Shown: positions 20,187 to 31,010, numbered from the stretch's first letter. The stretch: 64,000 bases of DNA from an uncultured Verrucomicrobiae bacterium (GCA_963707025.1 CAVPOM010000012.1:128001-192000), one strand, 5' to 3'. Program-made: numbers and translations. Notes: generated from the sequence alone by a model not told the origin.

Positions 20187-21144
20187 ATGAATCGCATGAA
20201 CCGGCATCAACTCAGCAGTCCCTCCCCCGTCCCTGGCCTCTGGCTCCTCGGTCTGGCCGTCCTGCTCACCCCTTGGAGCGGCCGGGCGCAAACGGGCAAG
20301 CAGGTGGTCTTCGAGCGCATCTCCCAATATCATCACATCCAGGTCTATGACGAGGAAGGCATCCGCACCCTCAGCTTCAACGGTTCCTGGGAGACCAAGA
20401 TGTCCCTGGCCGACCCGTTGACCGGACATTTCGAATATACCGAGTACTTTCAGATGCCGTTCATTTGGAATCCAGACATCAAGCGTATCCTGATGGCGGG
20501 GCTGGGCGGGGGCAGCACCCAGCGCGCCTACCAGCACTACTTCACCAACGTGATGGTGGACACGGTGGAAATTGACCCGGTCGTGGTGGAGGTCGCCGAG
20601 AAATACTTCCATGTCACCAACAGCCCCACCCTGCGGATGCACACCAACGACGCCCGCCAATTCCTGCGGCGCACCACCAACACCTATGAACGTCATCCTG
20701 ATGGACGCCTACTCCACCACCCGCTACGGCTCCTCCCTGCCGCCGCACCTGACCACCAAGGAATTCTTCACCCTGGCCAGCGAGCACCTGGCCACCAACG
20801 GCGTGCTCGCCTACAACGTCATCGGCCAAATCACCGGCTCGCGCGAAAATCTCGTCGCCGCCTTGTATAAAACCATGAATGAAGTTTTCCCCCAGGTCTA
20901 TCTTTTCCCGGCGGAAGAAAGCCGCAACGTGGTGTTTATCGCCACCAAGGACAAGGCGCCAGTTACCTGGTCCCAAGTCCAGGCAGAGGGCAACGCCCGC
21001 ATCCGCGCCGGAGTCGTGACCCTGCCCACCTTTGCCGTCCGCCTGCGAAACTTCGTCAACCGCCCTCCGCCCAGCGCCGCCACCTCCAAAATTCTCACCG
21101 ACGACTACTCGCCGATTGAAAGCCTGATGGAAGACTCCAAGTAA
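20187..21144 (+). CDS. Spermidine-synthase-like SAM-dependent domain protein; +1 frameshift at about 20690
   Basis: GLGGG, VEIDPVV, DARQFL; removing one A gives YDVILMDAY; ILTDDYSP near the C-terminus. Confidence 0.8.
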
Positions 21145-21172
21145 ACATTTCATCATTTAAACCCGAGGTGAT

Positions 21173-22828
21173 ATGGCCATTCCCACGGTGGGCGAATTCC
21201 TGTTCGATTACCTCTACGACAAGGGCGTGACGCACGCCTTCGGGCTGCCGGGCGATTTCGCCCTGCCCATCTTCCGCTGGCTGGACCGCTCCAAAATCAA
21301 GCTCATCACCATGACGCATGAGCCTTCCGTCGGCTTTGCCGCCGACGGCTATGCGCGCATCAAGGGCTTGGGCGTGGCCTGCGTCACTTACTGCGTCGGC
21401 GGGCTGAATATGCTCAATCCGGTGGCCTGCGCTTACGCGGAAAAAAGCCGGGTGCTGGTCATCTCCGGCGGGCCGGGCATCAACGACCGCCAGCTCGATC
21501 CCCTGCTCCATCATAAAGTCCGCACCTTCGACACCCAGCGCCGCATCTTCGAGGAAGTCACCTGCGCCACCGCTGTGCTCATGGACGCGGCCACCGCCGC
21601 CTCCGAAATCATGCGCGTCGTCCAGGAAGTGCAGGCCCAGTGCCGGCCGGGCTATATCGAAATCCCCTATGATATTGTGGACCAGCCGATCCACCTGCCC
21701 CACCTCCGCAAATCACCTTTGCCCGTCAGCGACCCCGAGAATCTGGATGCCTGCCTCAAGGAGGCGGCCGAGATGATTGGCCGCGCCCGCCAGCCGGTCA
21801 TCGTCGCGGACGTCGAGCTGCACCGTCATGGCCTGACCGACCTGGCGGTGGCGATGGCCGAAAAATTCCACATCCCCATTGCCGCGACCCTCCTTTCCAA
21901 AAGCGTCATCAGCGAAACCCATCCCAATTACATCGGCGTCTATAGCGGCGGAATGTCCGAGCCGGCCTGCCAGAATTACGTCGAAACCAGCGACTGCGCC
22001 ATTCTGCTGGGCGCGTTCATCTCCGATGTCTTCCTGGGGCTGAACACTGCCAAGCTTGACCGCAAAAACTGCATTCTGGCCACCACCGAGAAAACCCGCA
22101 TCGGGCTGCACGGCTACGATCACATTATCTTGAAGGATTTCCTGCAGGGGTTGCGCGAGGCGCCCATCCGGCCCAAGCCGCCGCTTATAAATCCCAACCC
22201 GGCGGCCCGGCTCAAGCCCTTGACCTCCAAAGAACGCGCCGAACCCCTCGATGTCGAATCCTTTTTCCGCATCGTCGGGCTGACCATGAAAGAAGGCAGC
22301 AACGTCGTGTGCGACACGGGCGACGCCCTGATTGGCGCCATCGGGCTGCGCACCTCCCAGCGCAACAACTTCCTCGCCGCCGCCTACTACCTGTCCATGG
22401 GCTTTGCCGCGCCCGCGGCCATCGGCGCCATGGCCGCCGACCCGACCGGCCGCACCATCGCCATCATCGGCGACGGCGCCTTCCAGATGACGGGCCTGGA
22501 ACTTTCCACCGCCGCCAAGGAGGGATTCAAGCCGATTGTCTGCATCATCAACAACGACGGTTACGGGACGCAGCGCCATATTATTGACGGTAAGTTCAAC
22601 AACATTCATCCGTGGAAATACACCAAAATCTGCGGCCTGCTCGGTTACGGCCGGGCCGCGCGGGTCGCCAGCAAAGGCGGGCTGGAGACCGTGCTCAAAA
22701 AGGCCTTTGCCGATGAGAGCCAGATGTACCTGATCGAGGCCGTCGTGCCGCGCGACGATTGCAGCCACGCTCTCCTGCGCTTTGCCACCCAAATGGCCAA
22801 GGAAAGGGATGTGAACAAGAGGGGATAA
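21173..22828 (+). CDS. TPP-dependent alpha-keto acid decarboxylase (indolepyruvate/phenylpyruvate decarboxylase family)
   Basis: FGLPGDF, HEPSVGFAADGYAR, GDGAFQMTG...NNDGY. Confidence 0.88.
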   Translation: MAIPTVGEFLFDYLYDKGVTHAFGLPGDFALPIFRWLDRSKIKLITMTHEPSVGFAADGYARIKGLGVACVTYCVGGLNMLNPVACAYAEKSRVLVISGGPGINDRQLDPLLHHKVRTFDTQRRIFEEVTCATAVLMDAATAASEIMRVVQEVQAQCRPGYIEIPYDIVDQPIHLPHLRKSPLPVSDPENLDACLKEAAEMIGRARQPVIVADVELHRHGLTDLAVAMAEKFHIPIAATLLSKSVISETHPNYIGVYSGGMSEPACQNYVETSDCAILLGAFISDVFLGLNTAKLDRKNCILATTEKTRIGLHGYDHIILKDFLQGLREAPIRPKPPLINPNPAARLKPLTSKERAEPLDVESFFRIVGLTMKEGSNVVCDTGDALIGAIGLRTSQRNNFLAAAYYLSMGFAAPAAIGAMAADPTGRTIAIIGDGAFQMTGLELSTAAKEGFKPIVCIINNDGYGTQRHIIDGKFNNIHPWKYTKICGLLGYGRAARVASKGGLETVLKKAFADESQMYLIEAVVPRDDCSHALLRFATQMAKERDVNKRG

Positions 22829-22840
22829 GACCCCACACGG

Positions 22841-23143
22841 TTAATCCAGCGACACGCAGGATTCGATCTCGGCGTAGGTGAAAGGGACGCCGGCCAGCGT
22901 CAGAGCCAGGTTTCTGATTTGGTTTTCTTCGATGAAGAGGACCTCGTTGAGCAGGCGCAATTTGCCGCGCAGCCGGATGCCGCCGCGCAGCCAGACTTCC
23001 GCTTCGCGCCCTATCGGCAGGTTCAGCCGTCGCGCCGCCTCGTCCGACGCCATCTGTCGCACGGCCACCCATTGCGCGTAACCAGTTTCGCTCCCGCTGG
23101 CTTGGAAGCCGAATTCGCCTTGGAGAGGACTGGAATGCGTCAT
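22841..23143 (-). CDS. Hypothetical protein (100 aa)
   Basis: ATG-started ORF with protein-like composition, convergent with the decarboxylase gene. Confidence 0.6.
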   Translation of the reverse strand: MTHSSPLQGEFGFQASGSETGYAQWVAVRQMASDEAARRLNLPIGREAEVWLRGGIRLRGKLRLLNEVLFIEENQIRNLALTLAGVPFTYAEIESCVSLD

Positions 23144-23217
23144 AAATTGCCAGCCATCGAACACGCAAAGCGCCGGAAAGTCATCTCCGAAATGGAGGAA
23201 GCGGCAACGCCGCCGGT

Positions 23218-23280
23218 TTTGGAGTGCGGGAGCTTGCTCCCGCTTTGGAAAGCGGTGCCGACCTGTCGGCACACTCCAAA
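23218..23280. repeat. TGGAGTGC-type REP doublet
   Basis: TTTGGAGTGCG...CACACTCCAAA enclosing two GC hairpins. Confidence 0.75.
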
Positions 23281-23598
23281 GGAATGCGCGCCCTGCCTTT
23301 CGCGGTCCACCCATCAAGAACGGATGAGCAGGGCGGAGGCCTGGAGCAATTTAGGGGAAATAATTCGCAAAAGAAGGCTCGTCTTTTGCCGGTCCGGCCA
23401 CTATTTTCAGCGGTTCATGGCTGCCATTCAACCCAACAAGGAATTCAGGCTCGTTGCAAAGTTTGCGGTGCGCAATCCGAACGGAGCTTGGAAAACCAGT
23501 CCAGCCCGTTGCCAAGTTCCGGGTTGGAGAAAGCAAACCGATCAACTGCCCGCCGATCTTGCTTGCGTCATCCATGAAATTGTACAAACATCCACTAT

Positions 23599-24936
23599 AT
23601 GAATCGCCGTATCTTGCTTTGGTCCATCACCTCGGCGCTGGCCGGGTTTCTCTTTGGATTTGACACGGTGGTCATATCCGGAGCCGAAAAAACCATCCAG
23701 GCGCTTTGGGGCCTAAGCCCCGAAATCCACGGCATCGCGATGGGCGCGGCCCTCTACGGCACGGTCCTGGGTTCCTTGGTGGGGGGTTGGCCGACCGACC
23801 GGTTCGGACGCAAAGCCACGCTGCTCTGTATTGGCCTCTTTTACTTGGTCGGCGCCATCTGGTCGGGTCTGGCCACGGATGTCGTTGGCTTCATTATCGC
23901 GCGGGCGATAGGCGGTCTGGGCATCGGCATCTCCACGGTGGTGGCCCCGCTTTACATCTCGGAAATAGCGCCGCCGAAATATCGCGGACGGCTGGCGGGC
24001 ATGTTTCAATTCAACATTGTCTTCGGCATCCTGGTCGCCTACCTGTCCAACAGGCTGCTGGCCGGGGTTGGCGCCAATGCCTGGCGCTGGATGCTCGGCG
24101 TGGCTGCCTTTCCTTCTTTGATCTATACCGTCCTCTGTTTCAGTCTTCCAGAGAGTCCGCGTTGGCTGCTGGTGCGGAAAGGCAACCGCGAGGAAGGTCT
24201 GAAAGTGCTCCGGCTGATTGAGCCGCAAGCGCCGCAAGCCGCGATTGAAGCGGAAGCGGACGGGATTGTGGCGGCATCCTCGGGACAGACCACCAGCGCG
24301 CCTTTCTGGACGATGCGCCTGCGCATCCCCATCCTGCTGGCCATTCTCATCGCCTTTTTCAACCAACTGTCCGGCATCAATGCGATTCTCTACTACGCTC
24401 CGCGCATATTTGAGCTGGCGGGACTGACTGAGAAAGCCGCCCTGCTTCAATCCGTCGGGATTGGCGTGACTAATTTCATCTTCACTTTTGTCGGCCTGTA
24501 TCTGATTGACCGGCTGGGCCGGCGGACGTTGCTCTACATCGGGTCCTTTGGCTACATCATATCGCTGAGTCTGGTGGCCTGGGCCTTTTTCACCGCCCAT
24601 TACAGCTTCGTCCCGGTGTGCATCTTCGCCTTCATCGCCGCGCACGCCGTCGGGCAGGGAGCGGTCATCTGGGTCTTCATCGCCGAGATTTTCCCCAACC
24701 GCCATCGGGCCGAGGGCCAGGCGCTGGGTTGCGGCACCCACTGGGTCTTCTGCGCCCTGCTTGCCAGCTTCTTTCCGAAAATGGCCGACGTGTTCAAAGG
24801 CCAGCCCGGCTACATCTTCGTGTTCTTTGCCGGTATGATGGTTCTCCAGCTCATCTGGGTGGCCACGATGGTTCCGGAAACCAAAGGCGTGCCGCTGGAG
24901 CAAATGCAAAAACAACTGGGAGTAGCGGAAGCCTGA
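23599..24936 (+). CDS. Sugar porter family MFS transporter
   Basis: GFLFGFDTVVISG, DRFGRK, PESPRWL, QLSGINA, PETKG. Confidence 0.95.
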   Translation: MNRRILLWSITSALAGFLFGFDTVVISGAEKTIQALWGLSPEIHGIAMGAALYGTVLGSLVGGWPTDRFGRKATLLCIGLFYLVGAIWSGLATDVVGFIIARAIGGLGIGISTVVAPLYISEIAPPKYRGRLAGMFQFNIVFGILVAYLSNRLLAGVGANAWRWMLGVAAFPSLIYTVLCFSLPESPRWLLVRKGNREEGLKVLRLIEPQAPQAAIEAEADGIVAASSGQTTSAPFWTMRLRIPILLAILIAFFNQLSGINAILYYAPRIFELAGLTEKAALLQSVGIGVTNFIFTFVGLYLIDRLGRRTLLYIGSFGYIISLSLVAWAFFTAHYSFVPVCIFAFIAAHAVGQGAVIWVFIAEIFPNRHRAEGQALGCGTHWVFCALLASFFPKMADVFKGQPGYIFVFFAGMMVLQLIWVATMVPETKGVPLEQMQKQLGVAEA

Positions 24937-24964
24937 GCATGAGCTTCAACATGGATTGACGATT

Positions 24965-27900
24965 ATGAAGTTGACGAGACGAACAATGGCCTGGTTTGGT
25001 TCCGCCGCGGTTGGCGCGGCCTGGGCGGGCGGCACGGCGGCGGCGGACATCACCAACGCCCCGGATTTGGCGCATCAACCGACGCTTTACGCCGTTGGCT
25101 ACGCGCATCTGGACACAGAATGGCGCTGGGAATACCCGGAGGTGATCAGCAATTACCTCCGCCGAACGCTGGTGGATAATTTTGCCCTGTTTGAAAAGTA
25201 CCCGCATTACATCTTCAATTTCACCGGAGCTTATCGCTACAAGTTGTTCAAGGAATACTATCCGGATCTGTACGAGAAGCTGAAGACCTGCATCGCGGCG
25301 GGGCGGTGGTATCCGAACGGCTCGTCGGTGGATGAAACCGACGTGAACAATCCGTCCGCGGAATCCATCGTCCGCAACGTGCTGTATGGCAATGAGTATT
25401 TTCGCCACGAATTTGGCACGGCCAGCGCGGAGTTCATGCTGCCGGACTGCTTTGGTTTCCCGGCCTCGCTGCCGAGCATCCTGGCGCATGCCGGGGTGAA
25501 GGCATTTTCAACGCAGAAACTGACCTGGGGCGGCTCGGCGGCGACCGGAGGTCCCGGCTCGGTGGAAAACACGCCGCGCAGCATCCCCTTCAACGTGGGG
25601 GTGTGGGAAGGACCCAACGGGCAAAGCGTGCTGGCGGCGCTCAACCCGGGAGCTTACGACGGTCATATCACCACCGATCTGAGCACCGACCGAAGTTGGA
25701 CCAACCGGATCAACCTGGACGGCAAGGTGAGCGGGGTCTTTGCCGATTATCATTATTATGGCACGGGCGACAGGGGCGGCGCTCCGCCGGATGCGGACGC
25801 GAGGATGATCGAAGCCATTGTGGACAAGACCAAGACAACGCTGCCCTCGCGGGGGCGCGGCGGGCGGGGACGCGGCCAAGCGGCCAATGCGGCCAATGCG
25901 GCCACCAACCAAGCCAGCCAGGAGGTGCAGATGGGCGAGGGGCCGGTGCGGGTGATTTCCTCCAAGGCGGACCAGATGTTTTTGGACATTTTGGCAATGA
26001 AGCCCGATCCGACCCCCGGTTTGCCGCGCTGGAAGGGCGACCTGGAAATGACCGATCATGGCGTCGGCGCCTATAGCTCCGAGGCGTATCACAAGCGGTG
26101 GAACCGCAAGAAGGAATTGCTGGCGGACGCCGCCGAGAAATCGTCCGTGGCGGCCCAGTGGCTGGGCGGACGCCCCTATCCGCAGCAACGGCTGACGGAC
26201 GCCTGGATGCTGCTGCTGGCCGGCCAGATGCATGACATCCTGCCCGGCACGGCCACGCCCCTGGCCTACGAATATGCGTGGAATGACGACGCGATCGTGA
26301 TGAACCAGTTCTCCGCGGTGCTGGCCAGCGCGACCGAGGCGGTGGCTTCCGCCCTGAACACCCAGGCCAAAGGGACGGCCATTGTCGTGTATAATCCCTT
26401 GAACATCGCGCGCCAAGACGTGGTCAGGGCAACCATCGCTTTCCCGGCGGGAGCGCCGGCCGGGGTTCGGGTGCTCGGGCCGGATGGCAAGGAAGTGCCC
26501 GCCCAACGGGAGGGGGGCAAAGTCCTGTTCCTGGCCAAGGTGCCTTCGGTGGGTTACGCCGTCTATGATGTTCAGCCGGCGGCGCCCTCGCCAGGGCAGG
26601 CCACCGCCACTGCCGCGCTGAAAGTGACCGAGTCCTCGCTGGAGAACGCCCGCTATCGCGTGCAGTTGGACACCAACGGCGACGTTGCCAGCCTGTTCGA
26701 CAAGCTGGTCAACAAGGAACTCTTGTCCGCCCCGGTGCGGCTGGCGATCAAGACCGACAACCCGCCAAGCTGGCCGGCGTGGAACATGGATTACAGCCAG
26801 CAAATCGCGCCGCCACGCGCTTTCGTCGAAGGGCCCGCCAAGGTGCGGATCGCCGAGAATGGACCGGCCCGGGTCGCGCTGGAAGTGGTGAGGGAAACGG
26901 AAGGGTCCACCTTCGCGCAGACCATCCGCCTGTCCGCGGGCGAGGCGGGCAACCGCCTGGAGTTTGCCAACGTCATAGACTGGAAGAGCAGCAATTGCAA
27001 TTTGAAGGTGACCTTTCCATTGAGCGCGTCCAATCCGATGGCGACCTATAATTGGGATGTGGGAACCATTCAACGCTCCACCGATGAACCCAGGAATTAT
27101 GAATTGCCCTCGCACCAGTGGGTTGATTTGACCGACACCAACGGCGCTTATGGCGCGACCGTGCTGACCGATTGCAAGAACGGGTCGGACAAACCGGACG
27201 ACCACACCCTGCGCCTGACCCTGATCCGCACGCCCGGCTCCAGGGGAGGCTATCGCGACCAGGCCACACAGGATTTGGGTCATCACGAAATTGTTTATGG
27301 ACTGGCCGGGCACGCCGGGGACTGGCGGAAGGAACAGACTGACTGGCAGGGCGAACGCCTGAACCAGCCGCTGATCGCTTTCGAAAGTTCCAAGCACTCC
27401 GGGAAACTGGGCAAGACGTTTTCCCTGCTGAAACTGGACAACAGCCGGGTGCGGGTTCTGGCCCTGAAAAAGGCCGAGAAGAGCGGCGAGTTGATTGTGC
27501 GCGTGGTGGAAATGGAAGGCCAGGCGCAGAAGGCCGTTCACCTCTCCTTCGCCGCAGCGGTGACCGCCGCAAGGGAAGTCAACGGCCAGGAGGAACCTCT
27601 GGGCAAAGCCACCCTCACGCGGGGCGGCTTGGTGACGGATTTTACGCCTTACCAAATTCACACCTTTGCCGTCACGCTGGCGGGGGCGCCGGCCAAAGTG
27701 GCCGCGCCGCGCTTCGCCGCGGTCCCGTTGCGCTACGATCGCGCGGTGGCCACGAAAACCGGGGAGGCCTCGACCAACGGCTTTGATGGCGCCGGCGGCA
27801 GCCTGCCGGCGGAGATGTTGCCGGGCAAAATTGCTTACGATGGCATCGAGTTTCAATTGGCTCCGGCCGCCACCGGCCAGCCCAACGCCGTGGTCCCTCG

Positions 27901-28387
27901 CGGACAACAGATCGCGCTGCCGCCGGGCAAGTTCCAACGGCTCTACCTGCTGGCGGCGGCGGCGGGCGGCGATCAAAAGGCGGTCTTTCGCGTCGGCGAC
28001 AGTCCGTCGGAATTGACGGTGCAGGACTGGGGCGGATTCATCGGGCAATGGGACTGCCGCATCTGGAATTCGAGGTCGCGCACCGGAGATGGACGGTTTG
28101 CCGGCTTCGCCGGATTGACCCCGGGCTTCATCAAGCGCGCGCCGCTGGCCTGGTACTGCACCCACCACCACACCCCGGACGGCGCGAACGATCCTTACGC
28201 CTACTCCTACCTGTTCGCCTACGCCGTGGAAATGCCTGCCAGGGCCAAAACGCTGACTCTGCCGGACAATCCGAACATCCGCATTCTGGCCGCCACCGTG
28301 GCCGAGGAAGGCAGCCGGGTCCGTCCGGCCCAGCCATTGTATGATACTTTGAAAAACCTTGACGGGGACGGAGGGAGCGGGGATTAA
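24965..28387 (+). CDS. Secreted GH38 alpha-mannosidase
   Basis: GYAHLDTEWRW, LPDCFG, QMHDILPGT. Confidence 0.92.
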   Translation: MKLTRRTMAWFGSAAVGAAWAGGTAAADITNAPDLAHQPTLYAVGYAHLDTEWRWEYPEVISNYLRRTLVDNFALFEKYPHYIFNFTGAYRYKLFKEYYPDLYEKLKTCIAAGRWYPNGSSVDETDVNNPSAESIVRNVLYGNEYFRHEFGTASAEFMLPDCFGFPASLPSILAHAGVKAFSTQKLTWGGSAATGGPGSVENTPRSIPFNVGVWEGPNGQSVLAALNPGAYDGHITTDLSTDRSWTNRINLDGKVSGVFADYHYYGTGDRGGAPPDADARMIEAIVDKTKTTLPSRGRGGRGRGQAANAANAATNQASQEVQMGEGPVRVISSKADQMFLDILAMKPDPTPGLPRWKGDLEMTDHGVGAYSSEAYHKRWNRKKELLADAAEKSSVAAQWLGGRPYPQQRLTDAWMLLLAGQMHDILPGTATPLAYEYAWNDDAIVMNQFSAVLASATEAVASALNTQAKGTAIVVYNPLNIARQDVVRATIAFPAGAPAGVRVLGPDGKEVPAQREGGKVLFLAKVPSVGYAVYDVQPAAPSPGQATATAALKVTESSLENARYRVQLDTNGDVASLFDKLVNKELLSAPVRLAIKTDNPPSWPAWNMDYSQQIAPPRAFVEGPAKVRIAENGPARVALEVVRETEGSTFAQTIRLSAGEAGNRLEFANVIDWKSSNCNLKVTFPLSASNPMATYNWDVGTIQRSTDEPRNYELPSHQWVDLTDTNGAYGATVLTDCKNGSDKPDDHTLRLTLIRTPGSRGGYRDQATQDLGHHEIVYGLAGHAGDWRKEQTDWQGERLNQPLIAFESSKHSGKLGKTFSLLKLDNSRVRVLALKKAEKSGELIVRVVEMEGQAQKAVHLSFAAAVTAAREVNGQEEPLGKATLTRGGLVTDFTPYQIHTFAVTLAGAPAKVAAPRFAAVPLRYDRAVATKTGEASTNGFDGAGGSLPAEMLPGKIAYDGIEFQLAPAATGQPNAVVPRGQQIALPPGKFQRLYLLAAAAGGDQKAVFRVGDSPSELTVQDWGGFIGQWDCRIWNSRSRTGDGRFAGFAGLTPGFIKRAPLAWYCTHHHTPDGANDPYAYSYLFAYAVEMPARAKTLTLPDNPNIRILAATVAEEGSRVRPAQPLYDTLKNLDGDGGSGD

Positions 28388-28443
28388 ACCGGCTGAGCCT
28401 AAAACCCTTTAAACCAAAAACGCAACATTCACCAAAAAATACT

Positions 28444-29184
28444 ATGAAAAAAAGTCTGTTCTTCGTCGCTCTCTGCGCCACCCTGGCCGCGGTGAGCAGT
28501 TCCAAAGCTTCCCCTGCTGCCGGAGAGGGGGCGGCGGCCGCCAAGGAAACAGGCTCCTCCAAGGGAGAGGGCGACATCAAAATCATGGTGGACCGCAATG
28601 AGAGCAGCGATGCCACCGACAAATTCAAGTTCAAGCGGGTTCCCTCCCCGTCCAAGACCGACGCCGCCACCCACGCCAAGTTCTATCTGGTGACCGGCGA
28701 GCAGGACGGCAACGGCGGAGGCCTGGAAAAACTGCACGACGGCCTGCTGCCCGGCGGGGAGGACACGCCGGAGGATAACTTCTTTTTCAACGCCGGCACC
28801 GATGGCGGACGCATCGGGATTGACTTGACCAACGCGATGGATATTGCCCAGATCAACACCTATTCCTGGCACCCCAACACCCGCGGCCCGCAGGTCTATA
28901 AACTCTACGCCAGCGATGGCACGGCGGCCGACTTCAAGCCCAGGCCCGACGGGAGCACCGACCCGGTCAAGGCTGGCTGGAAACTTCTGGCCAGCGTGGA
29001 CACGCGCCCCAAGGGCGTCGAGGCGGGCGACGAGTATGGCGGCCAATATGGCGTTTCCGTCACCTCGGCCGGCGGGCTGGTCGGCCACTACCGTTATCTT
29101 TTGTTTGACTGCGCGACGACGGAAAGGGACAAGGACGATTTCGGCAACACCTTTTACAGCGAAATTGACGTGGTCGCCAAATAG
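28444..29184 (+). CDS. Secreted hypothetical protein (discoidin/CBM-like beta-sandwich, inferred)
   Basis: Signal peptide; L.DG...IDL....I..IN.Y...EIDV pattern. Confidence 0.7.
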   Translation: MKKSLFFVALCATLAAVSSSKASPAAGEGAAAAKETGSSKGEGDIKIMVDRNESSDATDKFKFKRVPSPSKTDAATHAKFYLVTGEQDGNGGGLEKLHDGLLPGGEDTPEDNFFFNAGTDGGRIGIDLTNAMDIAQINTYSWHPNTRGPQVYKLYASDGTAADFKPRPDGSTDPVKAGWKLLASVDTRPKGVEAGDEYGGQYGVSVTSAGGLVGHYRYLLFDCATTERDKDDFGNTFYSEIDVVAK

Positions 29185-29195
29185 GAGCCGCCGCC

Positions 29196-30773
29196 ATGAA
29201 AACCAATCTAATCCTCGCCGCCCTTTGCGCCGCTCTGGCGGCGGGATGCAAAACCCCAACCTCCCCGCCCGCCCCAAGCTTGCCGGCGGCGGCGGCCGTG
29301 CCGGCTCCAACGGAGATTTCATCCAATCGCTATGTAATTTACGCGCCGGACGGGTCGTGTAAAATCACCATTGACACCGCCCGGGCGACGAACATGACGG
29401 ATTGGGCCGAGCACAGGCTGGCGCCGGTGCTGGCCGAATGGTATCCGAAAATGTGCGCCATGATGCCCACCCCGGGCTACAAGGCGCCGACCAACTGGAC
29501 GGTCACCATCGCCCCCGGCAACGGGGTGGCCGCCACCGGCGGCACGCGGGTCACGGCCAATTATACCTGGTTTCGGAACCAGATGGACAAAGTGGGTCCG
29601 TTTTCGACAAAAGAGATCAAGGACTTGGCAGCGATCGTGCAGCGATTGCGGCAGCAGTCCGATCCCATCTCCGCCTATCTGTGGAAGCAATTGTCAAACC
29701 CGGAGCAAAAAGTGTTGAAGAACTACCAGCCCGCGGCAGCCAATTCAAATGAGGCTGAAGACGTTATTCTTCAGGTTTTTAACAAGATCATCGAAAAACC
29801 GAGCATTTACGAACCCGGCCGGTTCAAAGGCATCCCGCTGACTTATGAAACGCTGGCCCTTTTGCACCAAAGTCCCAAAGACGTTGAGTTGAGCCATGTC
29901 AACCGGCTGCTTTTGCAGGACGCGTACGCAAAGGAAACGACCAGGAGACACTTGGAGGCCGTGGGCGCGCTGGTGCATGAGGAGGTGCATGTGGTGCAGC
30001 AATATGGCGGAGGGCGGCGCAGCAACCCGCCGGGCAGCATTGCCTTCGGCGAAATGACCAACTTCCCGTCCCTGGTCAAAATGCTCCAAGACAAGGCGGA
30101 CCCCGTTTCGGCCTTCCTCAACCTGCAAATGACGCCGGTTGAGCGCAAGGCGCTGACCGATTACAAAGGCCCCGGCCCGACGGATTACTACGCGCGCACC
30201 AATCTGGCGGCGTTTCTCAACAGAATCATCAGGGGTCCCGGCCTTTATGAAGCGGTGCTGTTCAAAGACGTGACGCTGCGGGACACCACCAAGAGCCAGC
30301 TTGAGCAAAAGCCTGAAGACAGCGATTTGGCGCGCCTGAACCGGGCCTTGCTCGAAGACGCTTACCCCGGTGAACTGGCCCGACCCGTGGCAACGGCCGG
30401 GGGGGGCGGAGGCCGCAGGGGCGGCGGCGGAGGCAACACCGGCTGGCTGACCGAGGGGATTCCCGATTACATCCGCTGGTTCCTTTACCAGCCCGAGGCC
30501 CACGGGGCGGACATCGTTTACTTCAAGGGAAAGGCGGACCCGAAATACGACGGCGCTTATCGCCCCAGCGCGTTTTTCCTGAATTTCGTCACGCAGAAGT
30601 ATGACCCCAAGATTGTCACGAAATTAAACGACGTATGCCGCCAGGGAAAATACTATGAAGCCATCTGGTTCGACAACACCGGCAAGACCTTGCAGCAATT
30701 GAACCAGGAATGGCTGGACTCGGTTCATAATCAGCTCCATACCGCTTCCACCCCCGCCCCGGCCAAAACCTAA
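29196..30773 (+). CDS. Lipoprotein of basic secretory protein (BSP)/zincin type with two inserted homologous domains
   Basis: AAGC lipobox; GVAATGG, VHEEVHVVQQY (HExxH), WLTEGIPDYIRW. Confidence 0.8.
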   Translation: MKTNLILAALCAALAAGCKTPTSPPAPSLPAAAAVPAPTEISSNRYVIYAPDGSCKITIDTARATNMTDWAEHRLAPVLAEWYPKMCAMMPTPGYKAPTNWTVTIAPGNGVAATGGTRVTANYTWFRNQMDKVGPFSTKEIKDLAAIVQRLRQQSDPISAYLWKQLSNPEQKVLKNYQPAAANSNEAEDVILQVFNKIIEKPSIYEPGRFKGIPLTYETLALLHQSPKDVELSHVNRLLLQDAYAKETTRRHLEAVGALVHEEVHVVQQYGGGRRSNPPGSIAFGEMTNFPSLVKMLQDKADPVSAFLNLQMTPVERKALTDYKGPGPTDYYARTNLAAFLNRIIRGPGLYEAVLFKDVTLRDTTKSQLEQKPEDSDLARLNRALLEDAYPGELARPVATAGGGGGRRGGGGGNTGWLTEGIPDYIRWFLYQPEAHGADIVYFKGKADPKYDGAYRPSAFFLNFVTQKYDPKIVTKLNDVCRQGKYYEAIWFDNTGKTLQQLNQEWLDSVHNQLHTASTPAPAKT

Positions 30774-30847
30774 ACGTGCGAACTGGATAATGCCTTAAAC
30801 TTGGATGGCAGGGCGCGCACCCGGTGCGCGCCCTGTTTTCCCTCTCC

Positions 30848-30997
30848 TAATCTTAATCCTAATCCCGGTGACTCCCCTCTTCGACCATGAAAAACTGCAA
30901 GTATGCCATTGCTTCCAAGCGCGCGGGCTTGATCAAAGCCAATTCTGATGACCGATTGCACGAAGGAGATTAAGATTATGATTAAGATTAAGAGCAG
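30848..30997 (+). repeat. Inverted hexamer arrays flanking an internally deleted four-helix-bundle-like gene (copy A)
   Basis: (TAATCY)3 - GTG..FDHEKLQV / AGLIKANSDDRLHEGD* - (GATTAW)4. Confidence 0.75.
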
Positions 30998-31010
30998 ATG
31001 CCCAAAAAAC

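Noticed and set aside
25508..28171. Very long antisense ORFs (887 aa here; also 41572-43869, 35355-37175, 55281-57179)
   Set aside because: Shadows of GC-rich genes on the opposite strand, with no recognisable motifs.
29586..30430. Inserted domains as inteins
   Set aside because: No N-terminal Cys/Ser block, no C-terminal His-Asn, and the sequence looks helical rather than HINT-like.
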